The notes: generated by a model from the letters alone, not told the origin. A stretch of DNA of 64,000 bases from the human T2T-CHM13v2.0 reference genome, Homo sapiens (GCF_009914755.1 NC_060927.1); one strand, 5' to 3'. Shown: positions 28,924 through 48,992, numbered from the stretch's first letter. Made by a program: numbers and translations.

Positions 28924-29935
28924 ATGGGGAAAAAACAGAGCAGAAAAAAAGGAAACTCTAAAAAGCAGAGCGCCTCTCCTCCTCCAAAAGAACGCAGTTC
29001 CTCACCAGCAACGGAACAAAGCTGGACGGAGAATGACTTTGACGAGTTGAGGGAAGAAGGCTTCAGACGATCAAACTACTCCGAGCTACAGGAGGAAATT
29101 CAAACCAAAGGCAAAGAAGTTGAAAACTTTGAAAAAAATTTAGACGAATGTATAAGTAGAATAACCAATACAGAGAAGTGCTTAAAGGAGCTGATGGAGC
29201 TGAAAGCCAAGGCTCAAGAACTACGTGAAGAATGCAGAAGCCTCAGGAGCCGATGTGATCAACTGGAAGAAAGGGTATCAGTGATGGAAGATGAAATGAA
29301 TGAAGCGAGAAGGGAAGTTTAGAGAAAAAAGAATAAAAAGAAACGAACAAAGCCTCCAAGAAATATGGGACTATGTGAAAAAAACAAATCTACATCTGAT
29401 TGGTGTACCTGAAAGTGATGTGGAGAATGGAACCAAGTTGGAAAACACTCTGCAGGATATGATCCAGTAGAACTTCCCCAATCTAGCAAGGCAGACCAAC
29501 ATTCAGATTCAGGAAATACAGAGAACGCCACAAAGATACTCCTTGAGAAGAGCAACTCCAAGACACATAATTGTCAGATTCACCAAAGTGGAAATGAAGG
29601 AAAAAATGTTAAGGGCAGCCAGAGAGAAAGGTCGGATTACCCACAAAGGGAAGCCCATCAGACTAACAGCGGATCTCTCGGCAGAAACTCCACAAGCCAG
29701 AAGAGAGTGGGGGCCAATATTCAACATTCTTAAAGAAAAGAATTTTCAACCCAGAATTTCATATCCAGTCAAACTAAGCTTCAGAAGTGAAGGAGAAATA
29801 AAATCCTTTACAGACAAGCAAATGCTGAGAGATTTTGTCACCACCAGGCCTGCCCTAAAAGAGCTCCTGAAGGAAGCACTAAACATGGAAAGGAACAACT
29901 GGTACCAGCCACTGCAAAATCATGCCAAAATGTAA
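28924..29935 (+). pseudogene. L1 ORF1p (RNA-binding chaperone), disrupted
   Basis: MGKKQSRK...NWYQPLQNHAKM. Frameshift near 29300 and a premature TAG at 29468-29470. Confidence 0.95.
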
Positions 29936-29998
29936 AGACCATCGAGACTAGGAAGAAACTGCATCAACTAATGAGCAAAATAACCAGCTAACATCAAA

Positions 29999-33821
<3,823 letters not shown>

Positions 33822-34979
33822 ACAATGAGAACACATGGACACAGGAAGGGGAACATCACACTCTGGGGCCTGTTGTGGGGTGGGGGGAGGGGGGAGGGAT
33901 AGCATTAGGAGATATACCTAATGCTAAATGATGAGTTAATGGGTGCAGCACATCAGCATGGCACATGTATACATATGTAACTAACCTGCACATTGTGCAC
34001 ATGTACCCTACAATTTAAAGTATAATAATAATTTTTAAAAAATAAAAAATAGTAAGAAAAATTCAGTTCACTCCAGATGCCCCAATAGCTTATACTGAGC
34101 TGAAAGCCATTAGAAGCTAGGTCTCATGGATGTGGGGTCAGAAGACACCATGGGTGCTGAGCTCTGCCATGTCACTGCCATGCCCTCCCTGCTGTTGACT
34201 TCACTCTTAGGCCTATTTGATGATCTTTCCCCAGTAGTTTAGTTCTAGGTCTTTCCTCACAGATTGTAGTCAAGAGGAAAGCTAGCAGGGGAAAAGTGGG
34301 AGAGGGGTGTAAATGAAAAGTCTCGATTAGACTAGATTAGGTCACACGTCTACCCTGAGCCAGTTGCTGTGGCCGAGGGAAAGCGATGAGTTGAGTTGAT
34401 GGCTTGGGTCTGGGTAATGTCCAGATCATGGGGCTTGGCCTCTTACCTAGGGCAAGGGACACTGAAGGAAAGGGGTTAGATAATGAACATAAAGAGATAA
34501 GTGTTCTGGATTTCTCACCTGTAAAATTGTAGTAATAACACTATTAGTAGAGATAGGAGTCACACTCTGCCTAATGTACCTTGCTCAGACCCTATCATTT
34601 CTTCACTAACCCACTGTGATGCAGCAGTGGCTCAGTGAGAGGGGTTCTGATACCAGGTCTGTAGGGTCACCTGTGGACCATGAGGTTGGTGATTACTGTA
34701 ACCTCTCATACGCTATCGGATTGGAGCCAGCCCTAAGTACTCTGGAGGTTACGAAATCAAAGGATGAAAACAGCAAACTGTTATGGGCCAGTTGTTTTCG
34801 TAAAGACTCAATATGCATTAGCTCGTTTAATCCTCACATTAATCTCATGAAATAATGTTATTACTACTGTTTTACGGATGAGACCTCTAGAGTTCAGAGA
34901 CGCTATATTGTTGTCCAGGTTCTTATGGCTACTAAGTGGTAGAGGTAGTATTTGAAAGGTGGTCTACCAAGCTCCAAGG

Positions 34980-35624
<645 letters not shown>

Positions 35625-35630
<6 letters not shown>

Positions 35631-36170
35631 ACAAATATACACTGAATTCTTACCAAGGGCCAGGCATAGGTATAGTCCCTAGGAATACAACAGTGAATAA
35701 GATAGATACAGTCCCTCGGTAGATCTTATATGGAGGTCATCAAAAAACCTAAACAAGTAAAGAGGAAGATTACACAGTGCAACAAATGCTAAGACAGGAA
35801 TAAACAAGATGATATTATAGAAAGACACTTGGGGTAGAGATAATAACACCTGCCAGAAGAGGTGCCATCAGAGCTGAGATCTGACGCATGGGTAGGGAAT
35901 CAGTGAGGCAGGGAAGTGGGGTAGTCAGAGAATTGACGTGAAGTTGTCGGGGCAGAGCATTAACCAACCAGAGGAAAGAGCCCCACAAAGGCTTTAAGGC
36001 AAGTGAAATTTGAAGCACAGGCTGCCAAGTACCAGGCTTATACTTTCAGATCATTCTGGGTGCCATGTAAAGGAAGGATTGGATTGGAGGGCTGGAGTGA
36101 ACCTGGAGAGACCAGATGAGCAGCAGTGGTGGCATGGTGTGGGGTGGCAGAAGTGGAAGGATGTGAGACA
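35625..36170 (-). mobile_element. L2 fragment (antisense)
   Basis: ttcaacaaatatacactgaattcttacc...ccaggcatagg...acaacagtgaataagatagatacagtccct. Confidence 0.65.
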
Positions 36171-36739
36171 ACCTGCACTGCCAAATCTTAGCTCATCAGA
36201 GACCCCTTGGCATAGGTTTTAGAGTTTGAGCCATTTAACAGAACTTTCTTTGCTCTATAGTAGAGTGCGGATCTTTATCCACATTGCTTAATGAAGAAGA
36301 ATGGAAGATTATACATGCAAGCATCCACAGGGAAAAAAATGAACACACAGAACCTCAGCAGCAAGCAGGGATTGATCATTCATTCATGAGGCCCGAGGCA
36401 AAGGGCCAGTTTTACAAATGGAATAAAGATATGTAGGCCAGGCTTTTTTTGTTTTACACAGTTGGCAGGAAAATACTTTGTTTCTTATTTGGTCTTTACA
36501 TATTTCACAGTGAAATGTGTTGTTTTGATCAATAGATCTTTAATTGGAGTTTTATGTTTGAAAAAGGGTCCACTCAAGTTTGGAACTTCGTTGAGCTAGA
36601 GCACTAGATGTCCCTTCAATCACCCCCATGGGTCTGTGTGAAACTCTGAGGTAGAAATGAAGTGAATTAGGAGAATTAAAACAAAAACATGTCCCTCTGC
36701 TCGGTGGGTATTTTTCTTTTTGAAATACCTTTATCAGGG

Positions 36740-37680
<941 letters not shown>

Positions 37681-39670
37681 CTCTGGCTTTGTGACCTTGT
37701 AGTTTCAACATCTGCAGAATTAGAGTAATAATAGAGCTTACCTAATAAGATTACTGTGAGTTTTCAGTAAGTTAATATAGGTAAAGCACTTCAAATGGTG
37801 GATAGCATGTCACAGCTGTCATAATCACCTGTCATTACTGCTGTCTTCAATATCCTAGTGCATGGCTGTTAGCCTTAAGATAACCTCATAGGCCAGAATG
37901 ACTGCTAGAGCTCTAGTCATCACATTCACCTTCCTGGCAGTAGGATGGAGGGAGTCCTTTTAAAGACACTATCTGGAAAAGCCACATTTATGCATACCTC
38001 ATTGGCCACGACTGAAGCCATTTAACTGCTTATATCTTTAATAGAGTCATTTAGCTAAGCTTGGCTAAAATTAGGGTTTCTGGTACTGAAAAAGAAAAGC
38101 AGCATGGCGATAACTTTGCTACCAATTGCAGGTATGTGGTACTAGGAAGGCCTGCGAAAAGAGCATATGACAAGAGAGGGTAAACAAGTCTTCTTTGAGA
38201 CACAGACAACTGACCAGAGAAATAGGTGTTTGCCAGGCAAGTGGAGAGGGGTCTTAGGAAGAGCTCCAGGATGAGAGGACAGAACAAATGTCTGTGACCA
38301 GAGAGAGCACGGACAGTCTTCATGTTGCACCATCCACCTGATACACCACATATTGAAAACCATGGTGGCTGGGTTCTCTGTCCTCCATCCAGACTCTTCC
38401 ATAAGGAGTCGTGCCAGGATTTCTCATCCCTGCTTTCTCTTCTGGGTGATGCCCAGATGGAATGGCCCATGAGGTCCCCAAGTCCTTTGGGGGTGTAGGT
38501 TTGTGCTGCTATTGTGTGGTCGTGTGAGAAGTAGCACTGGTTGGAGCAGACGTGGGTCCACACAGAGCCTTGTCCTTGACTTTCAACAGGAACATTTCCT
38601 GACTGGGGTGACCTTGGTGAGATACTTAACCATTCTAAATATTGTCTGTTTCCTCACCTGTAAACTGAGAAGATACTAATATCTAATCCAGAGATTCACT
38701 ACAAAAAGCAAAAGAGCTAAAACTGATCAAGCATTTAGCCAGGTCCCTGGTTTAAGGAAAAAGTCCAATCAACAGTGACTATTTCTGTTATTGCTGTCAC
38801 CTTTATCTTCATCATTTCCTCTCCTTCATCCCCTTCTGAATACACATTCTCCATGTTTGAATGTGAAGTGTCACCTGAAATGTATCCTGCACCCAGCTTT
38901 TTCTCAGGAGTGTGTAAACCCACAGCACACCACAGCTTTTTTCTTTAACCTTCTTTTGGAAAAATGACTTGAGGATGTATTCAGTTATACAGAGAATCCT
39001 ACAGTCTGCGGTGTGGGCCAGGAAGGAACCCAATGCTGCCTGTCCAGACCCCTCATGGAGTAAATGAGGAAATAGACCCAGCAAGGCAGAGCCTGGTTGG
39101 CAATGCCTGACAAGGTGGCTTTGAAGAAGAAAACATCTCCCCGGTGTGTTGAGGAAGAGATGTGACCTCATCTGGAGCCTCATGATGATGAGAAGTGCCC
39201 AGGCTGGTTTTATGCATATCCAGGGGTCACTGAGACATCACTCATAGACAGACATCTATACCAGGCATGTGGGAATGTGAGTTTCAAATCTATTCCTCTA
39301 GCAGATATATTTTTCTCTTGAAGGCCATCAGCTTGGGTGATTAACATGGTGGTGGGGGGTGTTGATTCAAGGATTCAAGGCAGTTACCCCGATTATCTTT
39401 CCCTGGCATCAACTCTGGGCATATCCTAGTAATAAGGTAGCTTATTTAACAAGGGAAGTACCAGTCACAGGTTAGAGGACTTCACACGTACATATGGGGA
39501 AGATGTCTTCTCTGCCCTCATGGAGTTTGTGACCTAGCAGGATAGAAAGGCATTACTTGAAAAAATTACATAGTCACTAGAGTTGTGCTCAGAACTATAG
39601 AAAAAAAGCGCAGGGAAATGTTTTGCCATTTCTTATTTATAACAAATTCTGCTATTTGGTTATAATATTC

Positions 39671-39975
39671 TTTTTTTTTTTTTTTTTTTGAGACAGGATC
39701 TCACTCTGTCGCCCAGGCTGGAGTGCAGTGGCATTATCAGGGCTCACAGCAGCCTCAACCTCCTGGGCTCAGGTGATTCTCCCCACCTCAGCCTCCCGAG
39801 TAGCTGGGACTACAGCCATGTGCCACCATTCCCAGCTAATTTTTTTTGTATTTTTTGTAGAGATGGAGTTTCACTATGTTGCCCAGGCTGGTCTCAAACT
39901 CCTGGACTCAAGCAATCTGCCCAACTTGACTTCCCAAAGTTCTGGGATCACAGGTGTGAGCCACTGCACCTGGCT
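39671..39975 (-). mobile_element. AluJ
   Basis: gctcacagcagcctcaacctcctgggctca and ttgcccaggctggtctcaaactcctgg. TSD ggttataatattctt / ggtcataaaattctt. Confidence 0.92.
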
Positions 39976-41449
39976 GGTCATAAAATTCTTTCCAGTGAAA
40001 CTCAGGCATGACTTCAGAATCCTTCTCAACATAGCCCTTCATCCAGCCGTTGCTAATTAGTTAGAGCTGGGTCTCAAGGTAAAACCTAGCGGCCATCCAA
40101 GACCTGGCCTTTCCCCAGCCCTCTCTCTATCATTCCACTTTACAGGCAAGCACACTGGCCAGAGGCTGGAAGGCATATGCCTCAAGACTTGAGTCAAAGG
40201 CCAAAGCAGAGCAGGTATCTGGCTGGTCTGGCCCCTAGGGCAGGGCCCTGCACGCAAGTCATGAATGCTGGGTGACAATGTGTTGGGGAGCCAGCTCCCA
40301 GCAGCAGCATCTGTGGCCACAGAGGATCTGATCTAAATGTGTGCTATTCTACCCTGAGACTCCTTCAGAGAGGTCCAGCCTGGTGAGGGCATCACAAGCT
40401 GTAATTTACATTATTTAAAAGCTCCAGTAGGAAAGTTGCTCTTTGTTCTCGTAAGTTATTTCTTGAGGAAAATATATGTTTTGTGGGGAGGATGAGGGCA
40501 GTCTTAAACTGAGGACATCACCACAAAGGCCTGGTCTGTCATTTTCCTTCCCAGGATTTCTTCCCATATGCTTAAATGGATGAGTCAAAAAGAGGTGTTT
40601 CCTGCTCAACAAAGATAAAATAGAGAGAGAGAGAAAGGACAGCTCTCCTGTCAGAGAGGCCTGCAAAGTCCAGCAGTTTGTGCAGGGCTTCACTTTGGTA
40701 TTTATTTTGCAGTCCATCAAACATTTGTCATACTCATGGCCCCTTGCTTTCACAGGACATAGCTGCGATTCGACACAAACACTTTCCTAAGAAAATATAC
40801 ATTTTTCATTCCACAATGTTCATGTATCCAAGGTTTGTTTCCTGTTGTGTGAAAAGATGTTTAATATTTGAGAAGCTTTTTTAAAAGTGATTCCTCATTT
40901 TAAACTCAGTTTCTCATCTCGTGGTCTATTTTTTTCTGAACTCTTGAAAAGCACTGGAGGAGCTTATGAGCTTCCTTTCTGAATAGTTCCAGCCATAAGT
41001 AGGAGGAACAAATCAGGAAAACATCCTCATATTTCCGTCTTCTTAAATTGGGAGACCCGTATAAGATAAAAGTGTTGGAAATTGAGTGTTGGAGAAGTTG
41101 GAGTCTGCTTTTCATAGACATTCTCAATACCATTTTGGAGACATCTCTGAGATCCAAAACATCTTGTTTGTTCGGTTCTACTCTTTGTGGGCTCCATCCA
41201 CAGGGGCAGGGGTTTAGGGCAAGTTTAAGAGAGCCCTGGTCTTCTTTTATCAGAAGAGAAAGCATTCTTCCCAGAGTAAAAAGAATGGGAAAGTCTGATG
41301 ATTCAAGTGGAGACCTTAAGATGTCTCATTTAGTTGCTTTGCATTTTCTAGCACTTCTGATGTCATAAGCTCTAGAGAGACAGAGAGAAAGTCTACTGTC
41401 ACAATTCCCAAGTGTTTGGGGTCTTTATTTATGTGTGAATTGAGTTGAA

Positions 41450-41650
41450 TTAGTATGTTCTAAAGTCAGGCAGCACAGTCCTATGATTGTTTATCTATGG
41501 GACGTTGTATAATTACTTAACCTTTAAGTTCCATTTTAGTTTTTCTCTGTAAAACAGGGATACCTAGCATTGGGTTGTTGTGATTTAATGGGATAATGCA
41601 AAGACGTAATACAGTGCCTGGTGACAAGTTCACACTCGATAAATGTTAGT
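41450..41650 (+). mobile_element. MIR
   Basis: ttacttaacc...ctgtaaaacaggga...acagtgcctgg...cactcgataaatgttag. Confidence 0.6.
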
Positions 41651-42097
41651 CCCTATGTTGAGAAGTAAATCTTCGTAATGATGTAATTCTTAGATTGGGT
41701 ATTTAATACATGGATCATGTTAATTCCATTCCAGATTAGAAAGATGCTTTCAAAAACACTGCATGCTATAATGGCAGTCATAATACTGTGGAATTAAACC
41801 GTAGCCTAATACTCTCAACACAGAAATATAGACAAATATGTCTCGTAAATGTTGATCTTTTTCCACATACCTATTAATTTCAGTTCCTCGCCTGTGCCAT
41901 TGGGAAAGCTGTTATGTCTTATTTTATGGATTGACTGACTGCCTTTTCCTTGTTCTTAGAACATCAGCTTTACTTTAAATGCACAAATCCTGGTGCATAC
42001 TTCCTTAACCATCAATAAAGGGAACAGTTAATGTGCTACAAAGCAAGAAAAATTGACTTTAAAAACAAGCATTTTTCTAACAGTCTTACCTTTATAT

Positions 42098-42308
42098 ACA
42101 GCAGGGTTTCTCAACTTTGGCACTATGGATATATGGGCTGGGCAGTTTGTTTTTGTGGGGGACTGTCCTGTGCATTGTAAGATGTACCACAGTGTCCCTT
42201 GGCCTCTACCCTCTAGAGGCCAACAGCTCTCGCTCCCTTCCCTTTCACCCCCTAGTTTTGACAACCCCAAATGTCTCCAGATGGCCCTCATCCAGTTGAA
42301 AACTGCTG
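42098..42308. mobile_element. MER20 (hAT-Charlie MITE)
   Basis: Terminal inverted repeats cagcagggtttctcaac / gttgaaaactgctg. Internal ggggactgtcctgtgcattgtaagatg and aaatgtctccaga. Confidence 0.85.
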
Positions 42309-42659
42309 GTCAAAGGAAGAAGGAACTGGGTCATGGAATTGTGCCCTTCGGATCACTGGGCAGAAGAGCCTCGGTTCCAGCTTTATAGGAGTTTACCAAC
42401 TGCTTTGGATGTGGTGATTCCCAAAACACATGCTGGAAAGCTCGTAGATTATCTGTTGATACCACAAATTCAGAAAGCAGGTCAAATAATCAGCACTGTA
42501 GCTTCATTTTGAAAAATAACTTGCTTTACCTCTTTTTCACTTGTCTCCCCATTTTGGTTTCTCCATTTGCAAATGGCAAGAAAATGAAGCTTTACCATTA
42601 ATTACTTATATAATGATCAACTTTTTTCTTTTTTGTTTTGTTTTGTTTTCCCCCTTCAG

Positions 42660-42677
42660 CTCCCTCAGGCACAAAAG
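42660..42677 (+). other. Candidate 18-nt microexon of the host gene
   Basis: About 68 nt without an AG, a ~37-nt T-rich pyrimidine tract ending cccccttcag, exon CTCCCTCAGGCACAAAAG, donor gtaaat, and TGCATG at 42727-42732. Confidence 0.55.
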
Positions 42678-43994
42678 GTAAATTCTCTTCTGTCACATTC
42701 CAGTCACCCCCAGAACTCACGAGTCATGCATGCCTCCATGGTGTTGTACATTTGACACTGTTCATGACCAGTGAAATGGTTTTTTTCCACAGCTTCAGAA
42801 ACCTGAAGTTGGGCAGGAACAGAGAGGCCAGCAGACTCAGTTGTCCACTGCTCCTTTGCTGAGTTAGTCCCTCCAAAGGACCCTATAGTGGCCAGTGATT
42901 GGGAGGTGAATCTGTGCCCAACTGTTTCTCTAAGAATTATCAAATAATAGGTCAAGAATAAGTTTGACACATTCCTTCCAATGTAGCATTCCAGGCCTTC
43001 TCTGAGGTAATTTTTAGGGAGACAAATAATGTGAATAATTAGTAAGGCGTGGTAACCAAGTTTAAATTTGGGGCTCCTAAGCCAAATCGCTGAAAACTTA
43101 TTGGATTTTATTAATTGTAAAAATCAGCAGCTCCTTTGCTAGCTTCATCATCCCAGAGACCATTAGAGCAGATTTCTTGCCAATGGCCAGACCCTTTCAC
43201 TGGTCCTCATTGTCTGAGATGATCTAGTTCCACCATCTAGAATGTTCTGTGTCCAGAAAGACTCCATGTGGTTGCAGTGATGGCTTTGCTGTGTCACCCT
43301 CATAGCATGTCGTTGTATCCTAAGGACATTTATGGCAGAAAATATGTCACTCAGTGCCTGCTGCATTGTTCTTGTGTGTTTCACAAATTCTGGAAGACAC
43401 AGCAATTTCTGGGGGCCAGATGTTGTGTTTCAAGAGTCAAGGTAGGGCACCCCCCTGAAATTTAAACAGCATCTCCTAAGCTCTCCAGTTTAGAGCAGAG
43501 GTGATTTGGTTCCTTCTCATTGAGAGAGAGCACAACTGCTCTACTAAAGACAGTCTGTTCAGACCATATGGACAACCAGAGGCCTAGAAATCATTACACA
43601 ATTACTCAGATATATTTGAGGTATTTAAACAAGGCAAGGCATGCTAGTGTGTGACTTGGCTTGTGGTAATGTTTGATTACACTTCAATGCCATCACAAAA
43701 GGACGGAATACTTCATTAAAAGTTAAAGTATTCAAGGCTCACAACAGCTTCCAGGGTAAATAAATGGTCAGAATTCCAGATTGTTTGGAAGGCTCAATGT
43801 CTTTGATAGGACATGCTTTCTTAATTACCTACATTTGAATTTTTTTGATAGAGAGACTTCACAAATTCTCTGCCTAAAAATGGACCAGCTTCCACTTATT
43901 GACATTTATTCATCAAATTTCCACTGATCCATATACAAAGTATTCCTGTTACAGAAAATAATTCATGAATTGGAGGTGCCATCAGCCGTAGAAA

Positions 43995-44281
43995 TTTGTT
44001 TTATTTTATTTTTTGAGACAGAGTCTCACTATGTCACCCAGGCTGGAGTGCAACAATCTCGGCTCACGCAATCTCCACCTCCCGGGTTCAATTGATTCTC
44101 CTGCCTCAGCCTCCTGAATAGCTGGGACAGACATGCGCCACCGCACCTGGCTTATTTTTGTATTTTTAGTAGAGACAGGGTTTTGCCATGTTGGCCAGGC
44201 TGATCTTGAATTCCTGACCTTAGGTGATCTGCCTGCCTCGGCCTCAAAATGCTGGGATACAGTGAGCCACTGCGCCCAGCC
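43995..44281 (-). mobile_element. AluSx-like with small deletions
   Basis: Antisense dimer. TSD-like agccgtagaaatt / agccatagaatt. Confidence 0.9.
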
Positions 44282-45371
44282 AGCCATAGAATTGTAAAAC
44301 AAAGTTCAAAACAAAGCAACACAGAATACAGAAGAACAAATGTTGCTGGGCTATATAATACTTCAGTAGCACTTACTTCATTGCATTCACTTCTTCTGTC
44401 ATCATATATTGACTCACATCACATGCCCTGCAAAGTGGAGCATATTATTGTGGTCATATAAAAGTCAAGGAAGGTACCTCAGCTGGCTTCCTAATTTTTT
44501 TCCCTGTCTCCGAATGATGTCAGACATCCCAAGGGACTTGTTCTATAGCCCTATGTGAAAAGGAATAGCTTTGCCTTCTGTTCCTATCATGGCTAGAAAT
44601 TGTCTTTTTTCTGTTAAAATAGAGAAAGGCACTTACCTTACAAAATATTAAGAGATCTATGCGACATGGTTTCAGAACACTTTGGGGGTAGTTTGCGGGA
44701 AATTCAGCTCTTTGAAGAAGGAGTTTGAACGTAAACCTCAGGTATCTAGGCTGGAGGGTAAGAGGAGTTGAGGGAGAGGTGCACCATAGATTGAAGGCAT
44801 CCTCCCAAAGGCTGCAAGTCTCCACCTGGTAATGTATTAGCATCCCTGCCCCCAACTCCCCTTCCCATCCCTTCCCCAGTATTACCTCAGTGACACTTGC
44901 AAGAGGCCTTTGCCAGAAGAATGAGGTTCTTGCAAGTGTCAGCTTTCCTTAGATTTACTGTCTTGCTGCTTGACCAGCAAAGGAATGTGGTGGTTCCATT
45001 TTGGCCTTCATCCATTTGTTACCATGGGTAAGTTACTTAACCTCTCTAAGCCTACATGTTTTTATTTACTTAAGGAGAATGATAAACTAACTTTCCACTT
45101 TTGTTTTGAAAGTTACTTCTCTTACCTGTTCCTCGCACAGAGCCTGGCATATGGTAGACCCTCAAAATATAGAGTTCTTATTACGACTTGGCTTGACTTG
45201 ACCCCTGGTGCTTCATAGCACATCAAGAGAGCAGTCATATCTGAGGGGTGGTCTGGGACCTCTGCCCAATGTTTTGTGATTCTGACTCAAGCCTAATGAA
45301 TAACTGGGAGAGGGCAAAAGAGCCCAGCAGGTATGGGTGCTCCCCCCATTTCATTAGAAACTCTGTTGTTG

Positions 45372-45704
<333 letters not shown>

Positions 45705-47442
45705 TCATGTAGTCAGAAAGAAATGGAGATTGGTCTTGAAACCCCAACAAAGCAAAAATTTGTCGGGAGAATTGTTTTGAGAGGTTTCTTCCTAATGCCT
45801 TTGACATTACCCATAGATTTCACTCATCTGTGGCCATGATTCTAATGAGCTCTTTCCAAACCCCTGAGTTTGTTGTTCCAGGGGTGAAAGAGAGGCACCC
45901 CCAGCCACTACAGCTTTGGCCTACTTTTCACATGAGGTCATGAGCGCATACGTTGTACCATATGGTGTCTGCATTTGCGCTGTGTTTTTGTTGGACTCTG
46001 CCTTTGTATCATCTGCAACTATTTTCTCTATAAATATTTTAAATAGTTACGTCTCTGTAAACATACTTATTTAAATCTCTTGGCTGATCTGCAACTAAAA
46101 ATGTCCCATTTGGGTGTCCCTCTTATGTGTAGCAGCCATTAATGACTGTTGTCTGTAAGTTATGGTTTTCATGATTCTAATATTTTGAGGGTCTTCCAAA
46201 ACTTCTAGTCCTTTATGACAATGTTTTAGAACAACAGTTTGAAAAAAAATATTATTTTTTCTGTGGTTCTTAAGCATCTCTAAGATAATTCCTAGACTGT
46301 ATAAATTTCAAGCCTTGATATAAAATTGGAGTGGCACTAACTGGTGATGAACCTGATAAATATTAAATATTCTTAGCAAATATGGAGGTAGTGTCCTGAG
46401 GTTTTGGCTAAAAAATATGTAGCAATACAGATGCAGCACTTTCAAGGCGTCACAAATTCATTCTTCTGGGTGGAAATTGGACCAGTTTCTTGGGTGGATT
46501 GATTGTCCCTGAATTCAACAATGAAGAGAGGTCTATGTGTAAGAAAGGTCTGCTTTTTAAAAATTCTTCTTTACTTCTACAGAAGTGTCCGAGAGATCTG
46601 ATTTTATGATAATAACATAGCAGAATTACCCAAAGCCATTTACAAATATATGTTCAATAGTAATACTATTGAACAAAATAGTCCCTTTTTCTAGCTGCAT
46701 TTTTCTTCACGTAGATTCTGTCTATAGGAGCTAAACATCAGTTATTCACTGCAGGATTAATTTAATCAATGTAGGTTTAATCAACGTAGAGTGGGCCCGA
46801 ATGTTTAAAGTCAAAAATACTCTTCAGGGAGTTCCAAACGTGGCTATTTATGTGGATGAACGTGTCCAGACTCTGGTACCCTTTCCCTTCATTTTCTGCT
46901 GCATCCACACAACTTTGGAATTTGCAAAAGAACATTTCTTAAAGGTTTCCTAGGTGCTCTATGTCTTTCCTGACACCGTATTAGTTAATATCAACCTGAG
47001 AATTCTGAGTAGGCATAAGCATTTTTCACAAAACCATAGTTAAAGCAAACCACATCTCTAATCCTGTTTGGAACAGCAATTGATGCATTCAGGGCTGCGC
47101 AGTATGGCAAAATGATCCCTGTTTAATAGCCCGACTGCGTGTTTTGTTTCCTGTTAGGAACAGCTTAACTTGCCTCCTTGAACAAGCACAGCAGGGTTCA
47201 AGATCTGTTGTTCTATGCCTGCTGTGATTTTCTGTGCTGCTTAACTTGTATGAGGACTCAGGAGTGCATAAATTAGCTTCTTAAATGGAGGTCGATTTTT
47301 GGTCTCTTTTTCAGAATGGAACTGTTTTATTAATTTCTCCCCCTGAGTGCAAACGGCATCCTGAATCTATTTGCATTTTCTTTGTTTCCTTGTTTATATT
47401 ATATTTTGGAGGAATAAATGGAAGCCTTCGTTTTTCTAGAGT

Positions 47443-47449
47443 CTTTCGT

Positions 47450-47501
<52 letters not shown>

Positions 47502-47531
47502 TCCTTCCTTCCTTCCTTCCTTCCTTCTTTC

Positions 47532-47565
<34 letters not shown>

Positions 47566-47570
47566 TTCTC
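47443..47570. repeat. Compound STR (TTTC)n(TTCC)n(CT)n
   Basis: Direct reading. Confidence 0.95.
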
Positions 47571-48460
47571 ATTCCTTAGGTACAAATTTGTACAAGTAGA
47601 ATTTGGCCTAGCTCTTATCTCAGGGTAATCAGATTTCAGCAATTGCGAGGCATCATTTATCATTCTTTGCCTCATTTAACTTCTATACTTCGAACAGTTG
47701 AATTAACTGTCAATGAAAATCGAAAATTGAAAGTTTGCAAAGCTGCTGTTTTTGTAGAACTGCAGGTCTAGTGATTTCAGTGTTTCATTACAGTTATATA
47801 ACCATCTAAACTGATGCAAATGAAGTGCAAAACTGAGAACTGATAACTATTTACATTTGGTTCTGGTTTATGACTCATTTGCTTTTACCTGTACTTTGCT
47901 TTGCATGTAAACTATTACATCTTGTTTTGAAAACCCTGTTTTTCTCCTTATCATTTACTATTTTATAGTAACATGTAAGGTACTTTTTATATGCATTCCC
48001 AAGCCGGGGGTGTTAAGATTGATATACTCACAGTCTGAAAAATGATAGCAGCACAGTGGACTACAGTTTAAATTATTGGATCTATTTTATGAATAAGGCT
48101 ATGGTGCTAGAAACCAGAGAGCAAGTCTAGTCACTTCAGCTTTTCCTGTAGCCAGCGTGAGAGGCTCTGTGGAAATCTGAGTGATGGCATATTGCCCAAC
48201 CCTAACAATGGTTATATAACTAAGTATTTTGTTCTCTGCCATAGTTCTGTATGAGTGTGTCTGTGGCAGCCCAGACAGGCTGCTCTGCTGCTGAGGAAGG
48301 AGGTGAACTTTGCAAGTGTACCCATGTGAGTCTTGGCTGACCCCTTTTCCATGGCCCTATCCAACTTTGCACTTGAGGCCTGAAATAAATGAATGCAAGA
48401 CCCTCAGATTCAAAGTGCATGGCTTCCTAATGGCAGGATAGCCAGCAGGACAGCATATAG

Positions 48461-48992
<532 letters not shown>

